A stretch of 64,000 bases of DNA, filler included, from Octopus bimaculoides (Eukaryota): NCBI RefSeq assembly GCF_001194135.2. It is 4 parts of 3 records of this genome, joined end to end, with 100 filler letters (N's around TTAATTAATTAA, not from the genome) between each part and the next. Parts side by side here need not be neighbours in the genome. Positions count along the whole stretch, not along the records: positions 25,750 to 47,986 come from NC_068983.1; 3 more parts are not named here. The stretch is one strand, 5' to 3'. Positions 26,813-40,196 of the stretch are shown here, one piece after another (the first letter of the stretch is position 1; each line of letters begins with the position of its first letter). The position numbers were made by a program, and so were the translations under genes. The notes beneath the pieces are model-generated. The model worked only from the letters and a program-made list of their open reading frames with translations. It did no database searches and was not told the DNA's origin.

Positions 26813-28499
26813 CACTATTATTATTATTAATATTCTTGTTGATTTCATTATTTGAACAATGGATTAATAGAGCTCTTTACCTTCTAAGTGTATATCCTTC
26901 GTTGCCCAACTTTTCTCTTAATTCTTCTCGGATCGATAAACTGAAGAACGAGTCAAATACTGAGGCCAATTTTGATTTGACTGATTCTATGCCTTGTACC
27001 TGTTTTAGGAACAATTATTATTGTTCTCCTTGAATGTAACACGTTTCACAGAGCTCTGTATTGAGGATATTTTTCCTAAGATTTTGTTATATTTAGGAAT
27101 GGTCATATTTTTTGTCAATTAACCACTCGCGCTATATACTTGGTCTTCACTTCAGCTTTGTTATTATCATTTTAGAGTCCTTTATCTGAAATATTTAGTC
27201 ACACATCCCGTGACTTCTTCAGCGACTCTCCATTCGACGTGTTTCCGCCATTTCTGTTTAGTCCAGAATTTTTGAGATCCTTTTACAACTAAAATGTCTC
27301 CGAGCATTTGCATGTTTATCCCCATTATCTCACATAGATAAGAGGTCTTTCTTTACACATTATTTAAATTGTTTATGCATTTTGGTAGACACTTGCTATT
27401 GTTACCTGCATTGCAATATGTCAGTCTCAGGCGTGACAAAAAACATGAGCTATCTTAATGAAAAGAAGAGTGAAAGAATGTGTCACAAAGGAATAAGTAA
27501 ACTTGATTGTTTAAAATACAGAGAGGTCTTCTATATGCCTTCGAAGGAAGAGATAGGAGATGCTCTTGTCGATGTGTGGACAGATATATGTTCTATCTAC
27601 TAGGATAAGAATATGAAATTATGACTTGGAATTGTAACTAAGAAATAGAAGGAGGGATAGATTAACCTGGTAATCTATATTCCACAGGCTGGTTCCCAGT
27701 GCATGAGTCTGAGAAATTCCATAATCACAGCCAGTGATGTTCAAATGGATATAGAACCTCATCTTGTCATAAATTTTATGCAACACTAAGAAAATATCCT
27801 TGGTGCCTTGGTGACCGCAACAACATGTGATTGGATATCCAAGGACTAATGATCTCCGATGTTCACAAGGCTATATCGATGGTGTGCCATATTGAAAGAG
27901 AGAATGCAGGTCAATCATACTGGTGGTATACGTATATTAGTAAAAACCGGTAAAAAAAAGGAAACCTAGAAGAGAATATGGCTTCAAACGGAAGCAGACG
28001 CAGCAGCAACCATAACAGCATGCATCAGAGGAGTGTATCATAATTACAGCTACCACATTTTCAAGAGCGTCATTAGTCGCTTCTCTGGAAAAGACCTGAC
28101 AAGAAACAAGTTATATCGTCTCATTCTCTGTACCACTAGCACCAAGGCACAGCACAACTCAAGCTCAAGAAGAGGTCCCCGACTCCAGTGCAGGACCAAC
28201 CAGAGGTTGCGAATAGCAGTTTTACTCCCAGCAATCTTGCGGCAAAATGAAGGAGATGGAAAATGGAAAGTGGGAAACCACAAAGAAAAGAAGATAAGTA
28301 AGAAAACGTATGCATTCAAAGAAAAGATAAACAAGAGGTTAGAAGTCTTTTATGGATGTCTAAAACTTACAGTTATTCGAATAGAGTGTTTTAGACTACT
28401 TATTACAATGACGAATTGATGGCCTATATACCCCCTGCCGAGCAAGAAGGAAATGATGGACGAGTACCAGGTGTCTCTACATCGTAAGTTGTCGCTAAA

Positions 28500-28712
28500 G
28501 ACGATAGCGCCGAACAAAATACTTAGCGGCATTTTGTTTCTCTTTGTTCTGAGTTCAAATTCCGCCTAGATTGACTTCGTATTCCATCCTTTCGGGGTCG
28601 ATGAAATAAGTACTAGTTACGACGCACTGAGGTCGATGTAATCGACTGTCCTCCTCCTTCAAATTTCAGGCCTTGTGCCTATAGTAAAAAGGATTATTAT
28701 TATTATTATTAT
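28500..28712 (+). mobile_element. SINE family C
   Basis: GTTCTGAGTTCAAATTCCGCC...CCATCCTTTCGGGGTCGATGAAATAAGTAC...GGCCTTGTGCCTATAGTAAAAAGGATTATT. Confidence 0.85.
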
Positions 28713-28870
28713 TTTATGTTTGACTTTTGCTTTGCATTTGTACAAGTTGGATCCAAGTCTCACCCAGAGACCTCAAGAGACAAGTTAGAAGTTCATGTAG
28801 GTGTTATGCCTAGGGTACCATATATTTGAATTTGTACAGCGTTGTTCTAGAGAATGTTTAAAAAACCATT
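28712..28870 (-). mobile_element. R4/Dong-like 3' UTR fragment between TAA arrays
   Basis: Reverse-complement match to 50500-50650 (CTTCTAACTTGT...GGTCTCTGGGTGAGACTTGGA...AAAGCAAAAGTCAA); (TTA)n on both sides. Confidence 0.75.
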
Positions 28871-28886
28871 TATTATTATTATTACA

Positions 28887-28947
<61 letters not shown>

Positions 28948-29499
28948 CGCTACACTATTTTTATTCGCCTCTGTCTTCGTTGCTTTTGCTGTTGTCATCA
29001 CTCCTGCCTAGAAGGCCATTAATATTTTAATCCAGTGTGTTATTAAGGGCTACCCATATACCTTTGATTCATGTCCTACTTACTCACCCTACCCTATTGT
29101 CTGCAACCCACATTTTGACTGCAGGACCCAATTCCTGAAAATTTCCCTTATGTTTCTCTCATTCTCTCTCACAGACACATACACCATCACCTCACACCCT
29201 CTTCTTTCACCTACATAAAGCTCTACCTCCCACAACCACCATTACCACCACTATCACTGCCACCATCACCACCACCGTTACTTTTAATCTTTATGTATGT
29301 CTACGGGTTAACAACCTCGTCAGTATGCTAGCCTTACCCTCGTATTTGTTACTGCATTCCCCAACACCAACAGCACCACAACAGAGGATATTACCACAAC
29401 CATGTAGCAGTAATGGTGGTGGTGGTGGTGGTGGTCGTCGTCGTCGTCGTCGTCGTCGTCGTGGTTGTGGTGGTCGTCGTGATCGTGGTAGTGTTTGTG

Positions 29500-29570
<71 letters not shown>

Positions 29571-30229
29571 GGTGGTGGTGCTGGTTTTCTCTCACATATG
29601 CACGCTCAAGTCTAATAAGCTAGAGTTTGACTTGATTATCCCCCCTCCATTCAACTCCTATTTGTGACAAAATGATAAACAATAAATCTTACCCAGTATC
29701 TTAACACCCCAAAGATTTTACCCTCATTCACCGATACACTCACATACACATATGCTCTCTCTCTATCACGCACATGCACAAAGATATACACATACACATA
29801 CTTTCGTACTCTCTCTAATCTTATATTTTATGGCCGTTTCTTATCCTGTGTAATGCAATATTCTACAGCCCACCCTGTGAACTCCACCACACTGTTGTTT
29901 TCAATCATCCAACTTGTATGAACCTCCTCTATTTACTTATTTTATACACTGTCTCAGTCATGCATCCGTCACGTGACCAGAATCCATTACTGAGGTTATC
30001 GACTCTGTCAGATTTACACCGTGTTCAAAGATATACAACACCAAAAGCGATTAATGTAGCTATGTTTCCACTTCTGCCGGCTGCCACATAGAAAGACGAA
30101 CTAAACCACTTTCATGAAACAGGATCGATCTCCAGATATTGATCGAAGTCTTGAGGATTGAAGGTTTGAGGGAAGATTTTAGAAGTTGGACCTGTTTATG
30201 GGTCTGTCGACATGTAAGTTTTCAGTGTT

Positions 30230-30750
30230 TGATGGAAGTAATCATGTATTATTTTGTTGTGTTTCCTTATTGAAAGTGCTCAAAATTTGTAAGTATGGTC
30301 AGGAATTGACAGAAACATTGTATGTTTGGAGTTTTTGGTAGTTGACGGCAATGTTCAGCGATTAATCGATATATTCAGTTAGTAGAAGTGTTCAGCAGTT
30401 GATAAAATGTTTATACGTCGATGATAGTGTTCAGTAAGTTAGTGTAATTGTCCAATACTTGATGGAAGTGTACAGTAAGTTAACATAAGTATCCAGTAAG
30501 TTAACAGAAACGTTCAAAAGTTGATAAGAGCGATAAATGGTTAAAGCAGGTGTTCTTTCGTTGAATGAAGCAGTGTTTAACGGTTCAAGTATCTGACCTT
30601 TAATGGAAGTGTTCAAGTATTGGAGTATATATTTTTGGAAGTGCTCAGTTGCTAATATAAGAATTCAGAGATAGGTGGAAATATAAAGAAATGTTCAATC
30701 AGTGAAACAGTGCAGTGACTTGCTTGAAGTAGTCAGGAATCGATAAACAG
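30230..30750 (+). repeat. Highly degenerate minisatellite (GAAGTGTTCAGTAAGTT-like)
   Basis: Repeated GAAGTGTTCA / TAGTGTTCAG / GAAGTGTACAG / GAAGTGCTCAG variants. Confidence 0.55.
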
Positions 30751-31769
30751 AGATTTCTTCGATCAAATTTCCAACATAAAGCTCAGGATACTCAACACAT
30801 TTATTGGGAGTTACATGTATGGGTCAAAACAGTTTAATTCAAACTCCTTGGTACTCTAAGTTTTAAGCGTGAGGGTAATCTTCGGCCTTAAGAACTTGAA
30901 TAGAGTCAAATGCTTATTACCGGACTTTAGCCTGAGAATGGGCGAAAAAAGTCATGAGGTGTCACAGTTTGATGTTAGTATTTCAGCGACTACAATTACT
31001 TGAAGAAAAAAAAAAAAGTACGGTGAACTGGAAATCGACCGCGTGGTGGACTGGAAATCGTTCGCGGGGTTGGGAGGAGATGGAAGGGGCGGTAGATGTG
31101 CGAGTATATATGCATATATGCGTATACGCATGTGCTTGTATATGCGTGTATGTATGTGCTTATATGTGCGCGTATGTGTGTGTATCTGTAATTATGCGAG
31201 TGTGCGTATGTGTACATTCACACATCCACGTGCGTGCACACACACGCGCGCGCGTGCGGGCTCAGATAGGCACGCATGCATGCATATACACACAGACACA
31301 TACATGCATGCACACACATACACATGCATTCATATACTTACCTAAATATATATATGCATATGGGTAAACGCATACGTGTACGCGCGCGCGTGCATGAGTG
31401 CGTGCGTGCTTATATAAGTTTGTGTGTTTACATGCAAGAACACGCCCGGGTACACATGTATACAGGCGCGCGCGCATATGCATACCAGTGCGCATATGCA
31501 TACCAGTGCGCATATATCGGTGCGTATGCATACGGTGTGCAGATGTATATGCGCACACACATGCACTAGCACGCATTTATATATACTCGTGTGGTTATGT
31601 AAAAGGAGTGACAACATGCAGGTAGACAAGCATGCAGAAGCGTTGCAGATTGGTGATTTGCGGTGCTGGTTATGGGGGTTATTTGGTGACAGTGACCTTG
31701 GTGCGAATGGTGCAGTGGGGAAGCTGGCACTAAGGAGGTATATCCGAGTTACCGGCGGCCAGTGGCTTG

Positions 31770-32385
31770 AAATTTACCAGAATGGTATACCTCTGGTCAC
31801 AGCAATAAGATAATTCATATTTCTTGTTGATGCATACTGAGGGTTGATAAATGATATGCAGGTTTCCGTGGAGGCATAGCTGGCAATTAGAGGCGCTGAG
31901 TGAATATGGAGGTTCCCTGTCAACAATAGTCTACTTGATGCTGGATGTTTCGTCTCGGAGGTCACAGAATAACCAGAGAAAGCGCGACAGGGAAGTGGAG
32001 TTCTCTGTATCCCTGGGTCTGAATGAGAGCATGTGCTGGGAGTACTTTCCCTTGAAGTCATTGGCTGTTATACCTGTATAGTGCCTAGTGATGCCATCGG
32101 ATGATGTATACTATACTCTGTATACTACAGCCTATGAGAGACAGGATCCTTCTAGAGGGTAGATGGTGGGGTTTTGGTAGTTGCAAATTGGGATTTGCGG
32201 TCGTGTGAGTATATTTTTACGTCTGCTGATGCGTGCGATGTTAGATGCGATGTTGTCTAAGCACAGGTACCTCACCTTGACATTACGAGGGTTGAAGAGT
32301 TTGTAATACTTATGACCTTCCTGATTGGCTGTACATATGGCTTGAGATAACCGGACATCGTCCCTGTAGAAGGCCGACCTTAGAT
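31770..32385 (-). mobile_element. Penelope-like element GIY-YIG endonuclease fragment
   Basis: HKYYKLFNPRNVKVRYLCLDNI...CNYQNPTIYPLEGSCLS*AVVYRV...HYTGITANDFKGKYSQHMLSF...STSLSRFLW...CQLCL...INKKYEL. Confidence 0.85.
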
Positions 32386-32409
32386 AGATAGACAAACAGA
32401 CAGACTGAC

Positions 32410-32476
<67 letters not shown>

Positions 32477-32535
32477 GTTCTATTCCGTAATTGTAAGATC
32501 AACAAAAAAGTATTCCATCTCTTAAGCGATAAACA

Positions 32536-34789
32536 TTATTTAATAAATACAATATATGGTTTTATATGCTACTATTAATTTCATGTGCTGAAAACATAGC
32601 AAACAGTGTTTTATAACGCGTCTGGTGTCCCAGATAATCATCTGACATTGCCCACATGGTATAACGAACTAAAAATGGGACGAGAAGAAAAGTAAGAAAA
32701 GGTGAGAAGAAAATGTATATAAAAAGTGAAAGTTTGAAATACCAGAAAACGAAATAGAAATCAGAAACCTGCGAAAGGTGAATAAGAATTATTTCCCTTA
32801 GACCGTAAATTATAATGCTGAAAAGATTGTGGCTTACAGCCTATGGTACAGTTATTCGTTTAAACTAGCTACGTATGGAAGCTGAAATCAAACGCAACAT
32901 CACGTATGATAAAGTGGAAGATAGTCGAAAAATCCACACCATAAATTACAAGATCATAAAAATGTAAGCTATGCGTAGCTGAAAGAACTCTGATCCTTTT
33001 CAGATCTAAGAACCCTAACTGGCTGAATTCTAGATCCGAAATTTTCAGCGCTTGTAAGCATATGCCTAATTTCCTGTTGAAGAATTGAGGAGTACCTCCC
33101 CCACCGGAGTATCTAATGATCGTGCTGGGGTACCAGACGTGTTATAAAACACTACCTGGCATGTTCTCAGCACATGAATCTAATAGTAGCATATAAAAAC
33201 TTATATTGTGTTTATTAAAAGATATTTACTTCTCAAGAGATGGAGTACTTTTTTTGTTGATCTTACCATTACGCAACAGTGCATGATATACCTTCACACA
33301 TGGCTTTCTACTGCAAATTCATAACCTTCATATGATTGGCGTGACTGCTTTGCTGAGTTGAGTGACTCTAAATATTTTACCAGTTTACACACTATTTTGG
33401 ATTTATACGATACGAATTACTCTGCTTAAAACATACATTTACCACTGAATAAACTATACCTCAGGATATTCATCTAGAAAGTTGAAACGGATGAGATAGA
33501 AAGCCTTATTTTTTTACACTGCACTATCTCCCATTTATACGGAACGTTAAAATTTAATGGCACGTAAATACCCCCTACGGTTAAAGACTTAGTCACTTTT
33601 GAGATAGACATCCTTAATTTAGGTACCAATATTAGATTCCATTAGTGCCATAACTCCTTTCAAACTAAAATGGAATCTGGTATTAAAACCTTTAGAAACC
33701 TAAAAAGAAATTCGTATTTTCTGATAAGACCAACAAACTGTATGAAGTTACTAATTATCTATATGATTAGTTACTAAATTACACCATTTCTAAATGACAC
33801 CATTTGCTAAATGACGCCACAAAATATAAGAAAGCTAGCACAGAGAGATACAACGATATTAATGATGAGGCTAAATTCCTTGCAAAACGTAGTAAAATCG
33901 ACGATAGATTAGAATGCTTAGCTAAAAGAGAAGTCATTATTACTTTAAAAGACCATAAATATAATTTTTATGATAAACCCACTTGTAGATCGTTAAACCC
34001 AGCGAGGTCTGAAATTGGGCTAGTAGTTAAAAAAAATACGAAGAAACATCAAAAATAAAATTAGAGACAGTTGTAACTGCTGAAACTCAGGAACCTGTCC
34101 ACTGAACCAGCCATGTATGATTAAATCTGTCATATATTAGGCAGTAGGTACTGCAACACATCCGATATGAAAAGCTATATCGGATTATGTGAAGAATAAT
34201 TCAAGAATCACTGTGCTAATTACATATCTTCCCTCCGACACAGAGATAAAAGCGAAGCTACTAAGTTGGCTGGCCACGTATGAAGTTTGAAATCGAACGC
34301 AACACCACGTTCGATAAGGCGGAAAATAGTCGAAAAATCCACACCATATGTTAACGGATCAAAAAATGTAAGCTATGCAAAGCTGAAACAACTCAAATCC
34401 TTTTCAGATTTAAGACCTCTAACATTCTGAACTGTAGATCCGAAATAAGTTCCTGTTGAAGAATTGGGAAGTACCCCCTCCACCACCACCGAATTGAATA
34501 ACTGTACCATAGGCTCTAAGCCAAAATCTTTTCAGCCTTATAATTTACAGTATAAGGGATATAACTATTATTTCGTTTTCCAGTTTTTTCCAGTTTTTTT
34601 ATATGCTTCTTTTAGGCCTTACCTCTCTTTTTCTCTCATCCCATTTTTAGTTCCTTATGTCGTGTGGACAGTGTCTGATAAGTGTGTTGACATACCAGAC
34701 GTGTTATAAAACGTGGTCTGCCATGTTTTCAACGCATGAAACTAATAGTAGCACATAAAAACTTATATTGTGGTTATTGAATAATGTGT
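32536..34789 (+). mobile_element. Internally deleted Penelope-like element with direct and inverted pseudo-LTRs, three hammerhead motifs
   Basis: GIY-YIG C-terminus YVWKLKSN...KWKIVEKSTP...KCKLCVAE...LNSRSEIFSACKH at ~32870-33090; N-terminus/RT start DKTNKLYEV...IITLKDHKYNFYDKPTCRSLNPARSEIG at ~33560-34050, fused directly to CNC..TCPL...SYIGLCEE (GIY-YIG); 32536-32857 is the reverse complement of 34496-34789. Confidence 0.88.
34671..34754 (+). ncRNA. Type-I hammerhead motif in PLE pseudo-LTR (sister copies 32566-32648 minus, 33109-33192 plus, 44761-44847 plus)
   Basis: GUGU-CUGAUAA-GUGUGUUGA...UCAACGCAU-GAAAC-UAAUA-GUA-GCAC; the consensus of the four copies restores CUGAUGA/GAAAC/GUA. Confidence 0.75.
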
Positions 34790-35183
34790 GTGTGTGTATG
34801 TATGTATATATACCCACATATGCATACATAATCATATATATATTACAGTCTGTTACAGTTTGTCATACCGACCATGATGAAATACCACAAGGAATAGAAA
34901 ATACGTATTCGCCTTTATATATTTAATCCTTTATATTGAACACTCAATATTTCATTTATTCAATAAGACATATTCCATATATTCAATAAGACATTCAATA
35001 CTTCATTTCATTGTACCATCCATTTTTATATTATATATTATATATTCCATATTCTATATCCCACATTAATTTTACAAGAATATAAATAAAACATAAAAAA
35101 CAGAGTTGGAACTCTTTTAAATAAAATAATATATTCCTCTATACACGATCATACAAAACCCCTTTTTTGTATTTATTTTTACT

Positions 35184-35260
<77 letters not shown>

Positions 35261-35559
35261 ATACATATACGTACATGCATACATACAAACGTACGTACTT
35301 ACGAACATACACACACACACAATAATTTTGATGAGACTTTCTGTACTGTTCTCTCTCTTCCCTTTCGTTTCCTCTATCTTCCTTTCTCTAATTCTTTTTC
35401 TCTCCTCTTCACCGTTCTCTATCTGACCTTCTCTCTTTCTCACTCTTCCTTTCTTCTCTCGTTGCTCCTAACTTTAGCTTCTTTCTTTCCCTTTGATCTG
35501 CCACACAGATTACACGCATTCTTGTCTGTCTCCTCTCCTATCTTATCTCCTGTCAAAGC

Positions 35560-36090
35560 TTGTTCCTCCAGCGTTCGCCACTTCACCTCGTTATGGCTTA
35601 GCAGCCCTTACTGTTTGTTTTCACTGCCCTGTTTTTCTTACCAACTCTGACCCTCCGCAAATCCTAAACTTTGTTTTGCTTTGCGGGAGCAACTGTTTTC
35701 TCGAAGATACACTTGTCGTAATTGCTCCAAATGTGGAGTAGATAAACAGCCGACAAATGATGAAGGGTTGTTCTTTATGTTACTTGTCTTGTTTTCCATT
35801 GTTTCTTTCGTTGTTCGCAAAAAAAGTTCGTATTCCTTGTTTTCGTATTTCGTATTTCATGTTGTTTACGTTTTATGACGTCCTGCACCCATACATGCAT
35901 ATGATTGACCGCTAGGCACTATACCTTTTGTTATTTACTCTCTCTTTTTATTTTCTCTCTCTGTTTATTTCTGTGTTCCTTTATGTTGAAGAGCGTAGGC
36001 TCGAAACGTAAAAGACTTTCTCACTTCCAGAGCGTTAAACAAATACATCTGTTTGTTGTTTACACACCCGTTTTCGTCTTTTGTTTATTT
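35560..36090 (+). mobile_element. Probable PLE pseudo-LTR repeat with minimal hammerhead-like motif (other copies 12735-12875 minus, 52745-52915 minus)
   Basis: SSVRHFTS...LREQLF weakly resembles a GIY-YIG C-terminus; 35745-35882 matches the reverse complement of 12735-12875; 35960-36090 matches the reverse complement of 52745-52915. Confidence 0.55.
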
Positions 36091-37051
36091 TTTTTGTAAA
36101 TTCCAACTATATACATATACATGTAAGCATGTACATATGTGTATGTATATATGCATATACATATATATATATATATTATTTATATTATATATATATATGT
36201 ATGTATATGTACATATATGTGCGTGTGTGTGTGTGTAATGAATATATATATTTGAATATCTGTAGTGGGTTACCTGTGCGTGAATATACGAGTGTATATA
36301 TGTGTATGTATATATGTGGGCCCTGTTTACTTGTAAACTACAAGTGCATTGCTTAAATACAGTTTAAAGGAGAGGAAATGTATTTGATATGAGAGAACTG
36401 AGAATCACTCAGAATGACGGCATTTTCCTTTTCATTATCTTCCTTCATGATGTATTTTACTTTCTCTTTCCTTCTCCTCATATCCTCTCTTTCTCTTTGT
36501 CCCTTTCTTCTTCTTTATCATTCAGTTTTAGTCTTCGTTTTATGTAATCGAGTACAAACGCAAACGTACGAAGATCCACACAGATCTGTATATACGTATA
36601 TGTGTGCATGTATACATGTTTACTGTTATGTATGTGAATGTGTATGAGTGCATACGTGAATGTACATATTCGGTGAAGGAATGTAAGTATATAATATGCA
36701 TACATACAAACACATACGTACGTCTGTTCATACATATGTAGGGGCCAAATCTCTCATTAAGGTAAATATATGCGTGTATGAGTGTGAGTATTTATAGGTA
36801 ATGTGCGTATGTTTGAGTGTAGGCGTGTCTAAGTGTGCATGTATATATATATATATATATATGTGTGTAGGTATGCATTTATATATATATATATATATAT
36901 ACATATACATTCATTCATTCATCCAGACATGCAGAAATACATATACCTGGAAGGCAAAAATACGCATTACAGAGTTACGAGTATTTAAAACAAATATGTA
37001 CTTACGTGTAAATGTGTGCGTGTGTATGTCAGTGTGAGTGCATGCGCGTGT

Positions 37052-37144
<93 letters not shown>

Positions 37145-37599
37145 TTTGGGCATCCGAATATGTTTGCTTGTACATATGTTGGAAGTGGTGGTAAGATTAT
37201 GCAGATTCACGAATTCCGTCACATTCTCACACAAATTATTATCTGACGCCAAATAATCAAAGTAACGTCCAGGAATGTCTGCAAACATACAGAAATATAA
37301 ACGGAAAACCACACCGACACGCACACAGACACTTTGCACACACTCTTGCACACAAGCACACATATTCACACTTATACACTTATACACTTATACACTTATA
37401 CACTTATACACAGTACAAATAACGTCATCCAAATTTTTACTTTAACTTGAATCACCGTTGTACAAAATGGCGTATCTTTGGCATCTAAATCTGGACGAAA
37501 TAATACTTTTCCAGATCTGACTTCAGCCGATTGCTTCATGAGCGAGAAAGGGGAGAGAGATAGAGGAAGACAGAAAGATAGAAAGAAGAGTCAATCCCA

Positions 37600-37750
37600 G
37601 TATTGATTTTAAATTTTGGCACAAGGTCAGCAATTTCGGGGAAGGGAGTAAGTCGATTACATCGACCCCAGTATTCAGCTGGTACTTATTTTATCGACCT
37701 CGAAAGGATGAAAGGCAACGTCGACCTCAGTAGAATTTGAATTCAGAACG
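37600..37750 (-). mobile_element. SINE family C fragment
   Basis: GTCGATTACATCGACCCCAG...TATCGACCTCGAAAGGATGAAAGGC...GAATTTGAATTCAGAACG. Confidence 0.82.
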
Positions 37751-38524
37751 CACAAACAAATATCAATCCCACTATGGCCGTCTAAATGATGAAAGGTAAT
37801 GCTTACCATGGTGCGATTTGAACTCGTACCGCAAGAAACCAGAATGAATACTGTCAGGCGTTCTATCCGATGTTTAGTAGCTACCAAATAGCTGCTTGAC
37901 GTCCTAATATTGTGCGCATCCTTTTTTAATTGGTAAACCATAATAATGTTTATGGATGGAAAGCTGATTGGGTGAAACCAATCCCTATTCTAGCTACAGC
38001 CACGTGACCATTTAAACTGAACTGCGGAAATTAACTAAAGACTCATTGCCGTTGTTTGTTCTTCAACGTTGTTCTTATTACCCCATTGACTGTTCGCAGC
38101 AAATATAATACCTAGCACTGGGATTGCACACGATGTTAGTATATAACACGAGGATATGATTCAGTGTTACACAAACAACAACTGCTAAATATTGCACAGC
38201 GGTAACAGAAAATTTAAGTTGATATTCTTGAAGTAAGTTTCATTTTTCTTGACCTAAGACTCTTTCTAATAAAATGCCATATCCAAAAAAACTAGAAACG
38301 GTTGCATTTGAAATGTAAGCTGGAAATTTGTTCAAATGAAAACAAGAAGACAAGTTGCTTCTACGCTGTTATGCAATCTTCCAGAAATAGAAGCCAAATT
38401 TTCCTAAAAATTACACCCTACAATTTTTTTAAAATAATAGTAAAGTAGGGCACTTTACGGAATATAGACTTAGATACAGTATGTCTCAAAATATATATGT
38501 ATAACGACTAGATGATCATAAGTT

Positions 38525-38732
38525 CTTTCTATTATAGGCACAAGTCCTGAAATTTAGAGGGAAAGGGCCAGTCGATTAGATCGACCCAAGTACACAACTG
38601 TTACTTATTTATCGACCCTGAAAGGATGAAAGCAAAGTTGATCTTAGCGGAATTTGAACTCAGAACGTAGCGGTAGACAAAATACCGCTAAGCATTTCGC
38701 TCGGTGTTAACGTTTCTGCCAGCACGTCACCT
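38525..38732 (-). mobile_element. SINE family C, near full-length
   Basis: CTATTATAGGCACAAG...ATCGACCCTGAAAGGATGAAAGC...GGAATTTGAACTCAGAACG...TTCTGCCAGCACGTCACC. Confidence 0.87.
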
Positions 38733-39242
38733 TTTCTACAAGCTCGCTGCCTTATAAGATGATCACAAGTGATGTATGAATTGTTGTAGCTCTCCTTGAT
38801 CAAAGCAACACGTAGTTAATCAACAGAGACACCTCACCTTCGTCACCAATTTCTAAGAGGAACTTACTAATAGCCATTCGATCACCTACAAATAGCAGCA
38901 AAATCTCTTTGAAATCACACTCTGTCGTATTGTCAACCAAACTTGAATATACACAGAATAACATAGTCCTAGATAAACTACATCTGAATATAAACTTACT
39001 GGTCATGTTTGGAATATTATGTTTGACTGCTTGAATAGGTAGACGTAGTGATAAACAACATTGTTGTCTTAGTGACTCTTAAACAGAGAAAGGTATTGTG
39101 GGAGATTTCAAGCAGGCCTTAAAGTAAATAAAATTAAATCTAATTCATAAACAGGAAACGTTTAATAATACACTGCTGAAAAATGGTATATAAAGACAGT
39201 CATTATAACCGGACGAGTCACAGATTACTACAACGGCTGCTG

Positions 39243-39303
<61 letters not shown>

Positions 39304-39878
39304 CACCACCACCACCACCACTACCATCACCACCACCACTACTACCACCATCACTACCACCACCTCCACTACTATTACGACTACTAAATTGTAACCAAAT
39401 ATATGATCATGTATACTTTTTCTCCAAAAAGAATTACAAAATTCTGATTGATGAATGTCGATAGAGTAACCAAAGTATTCGAATGATAACAAATGAAAGC
39501 AAGCGCTCAACGACTCCCAAATAAACTGCTATGCATACAATGGTAATACTTGCACACATGACCACTACATCCAGAGAAAGCTCAATGATAGAACGAATAC
39601 AAACATTTTAGTTAAGACTATTCTTTTTAATTTTCTCTGTATTAAATAACAGAAATAATGATGCAGTATTTGCAGAAATCTCTTTAAGTCGTGACGTCAA
39701 AACCTAGCCGAATATACATTAGCTTTCATCATTAGTGAGTACCAGCAATGTAATGGAATCAATTCATTCGATTATCTTCTTTCTTTACATATTTATGATT
39801 TGAATCGATATGGAAGATAAACGTCCCTTATCAGCATCTTCGAAGCTGAACTGCGAAGCATATGTTTTACGTAAGAAT

Positions 39879-40196
39879 GTGAAATTAACGTGCAAGTGGC
39901 TGAGCACTCCACAGACACGTATACCCTTAACGTAGTTCTCGGGGATATTCAGCGTGACACAGTGTGACAAGGCTGACCCTTTGAAATACAGGTACAACAG
40001 AAACAGGAAGAAAGAGTGAGAGAAAGTTGTGGTGAAAGAGTACAGTAGGGTTCGCCACCATCCCCTGCCGGAGCCTCGTGGAGCTTTAGGTGTTTTCGCT
40101 CAATAAACACTCACAACGCCCGGACTGGAAATCGAAACCGCGAGATCCTATGACCGCGAGTCCGCTGCCCTAACCACTGGGTCATTGCGCCTCCAC
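39879..40196 (-). mobile_element. SINE family B, 3' end missing
   Basis: Reverse complement of the family B head and body; stops at GCACGTTAATTTCAC with no tail. Confidence 0.92.
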
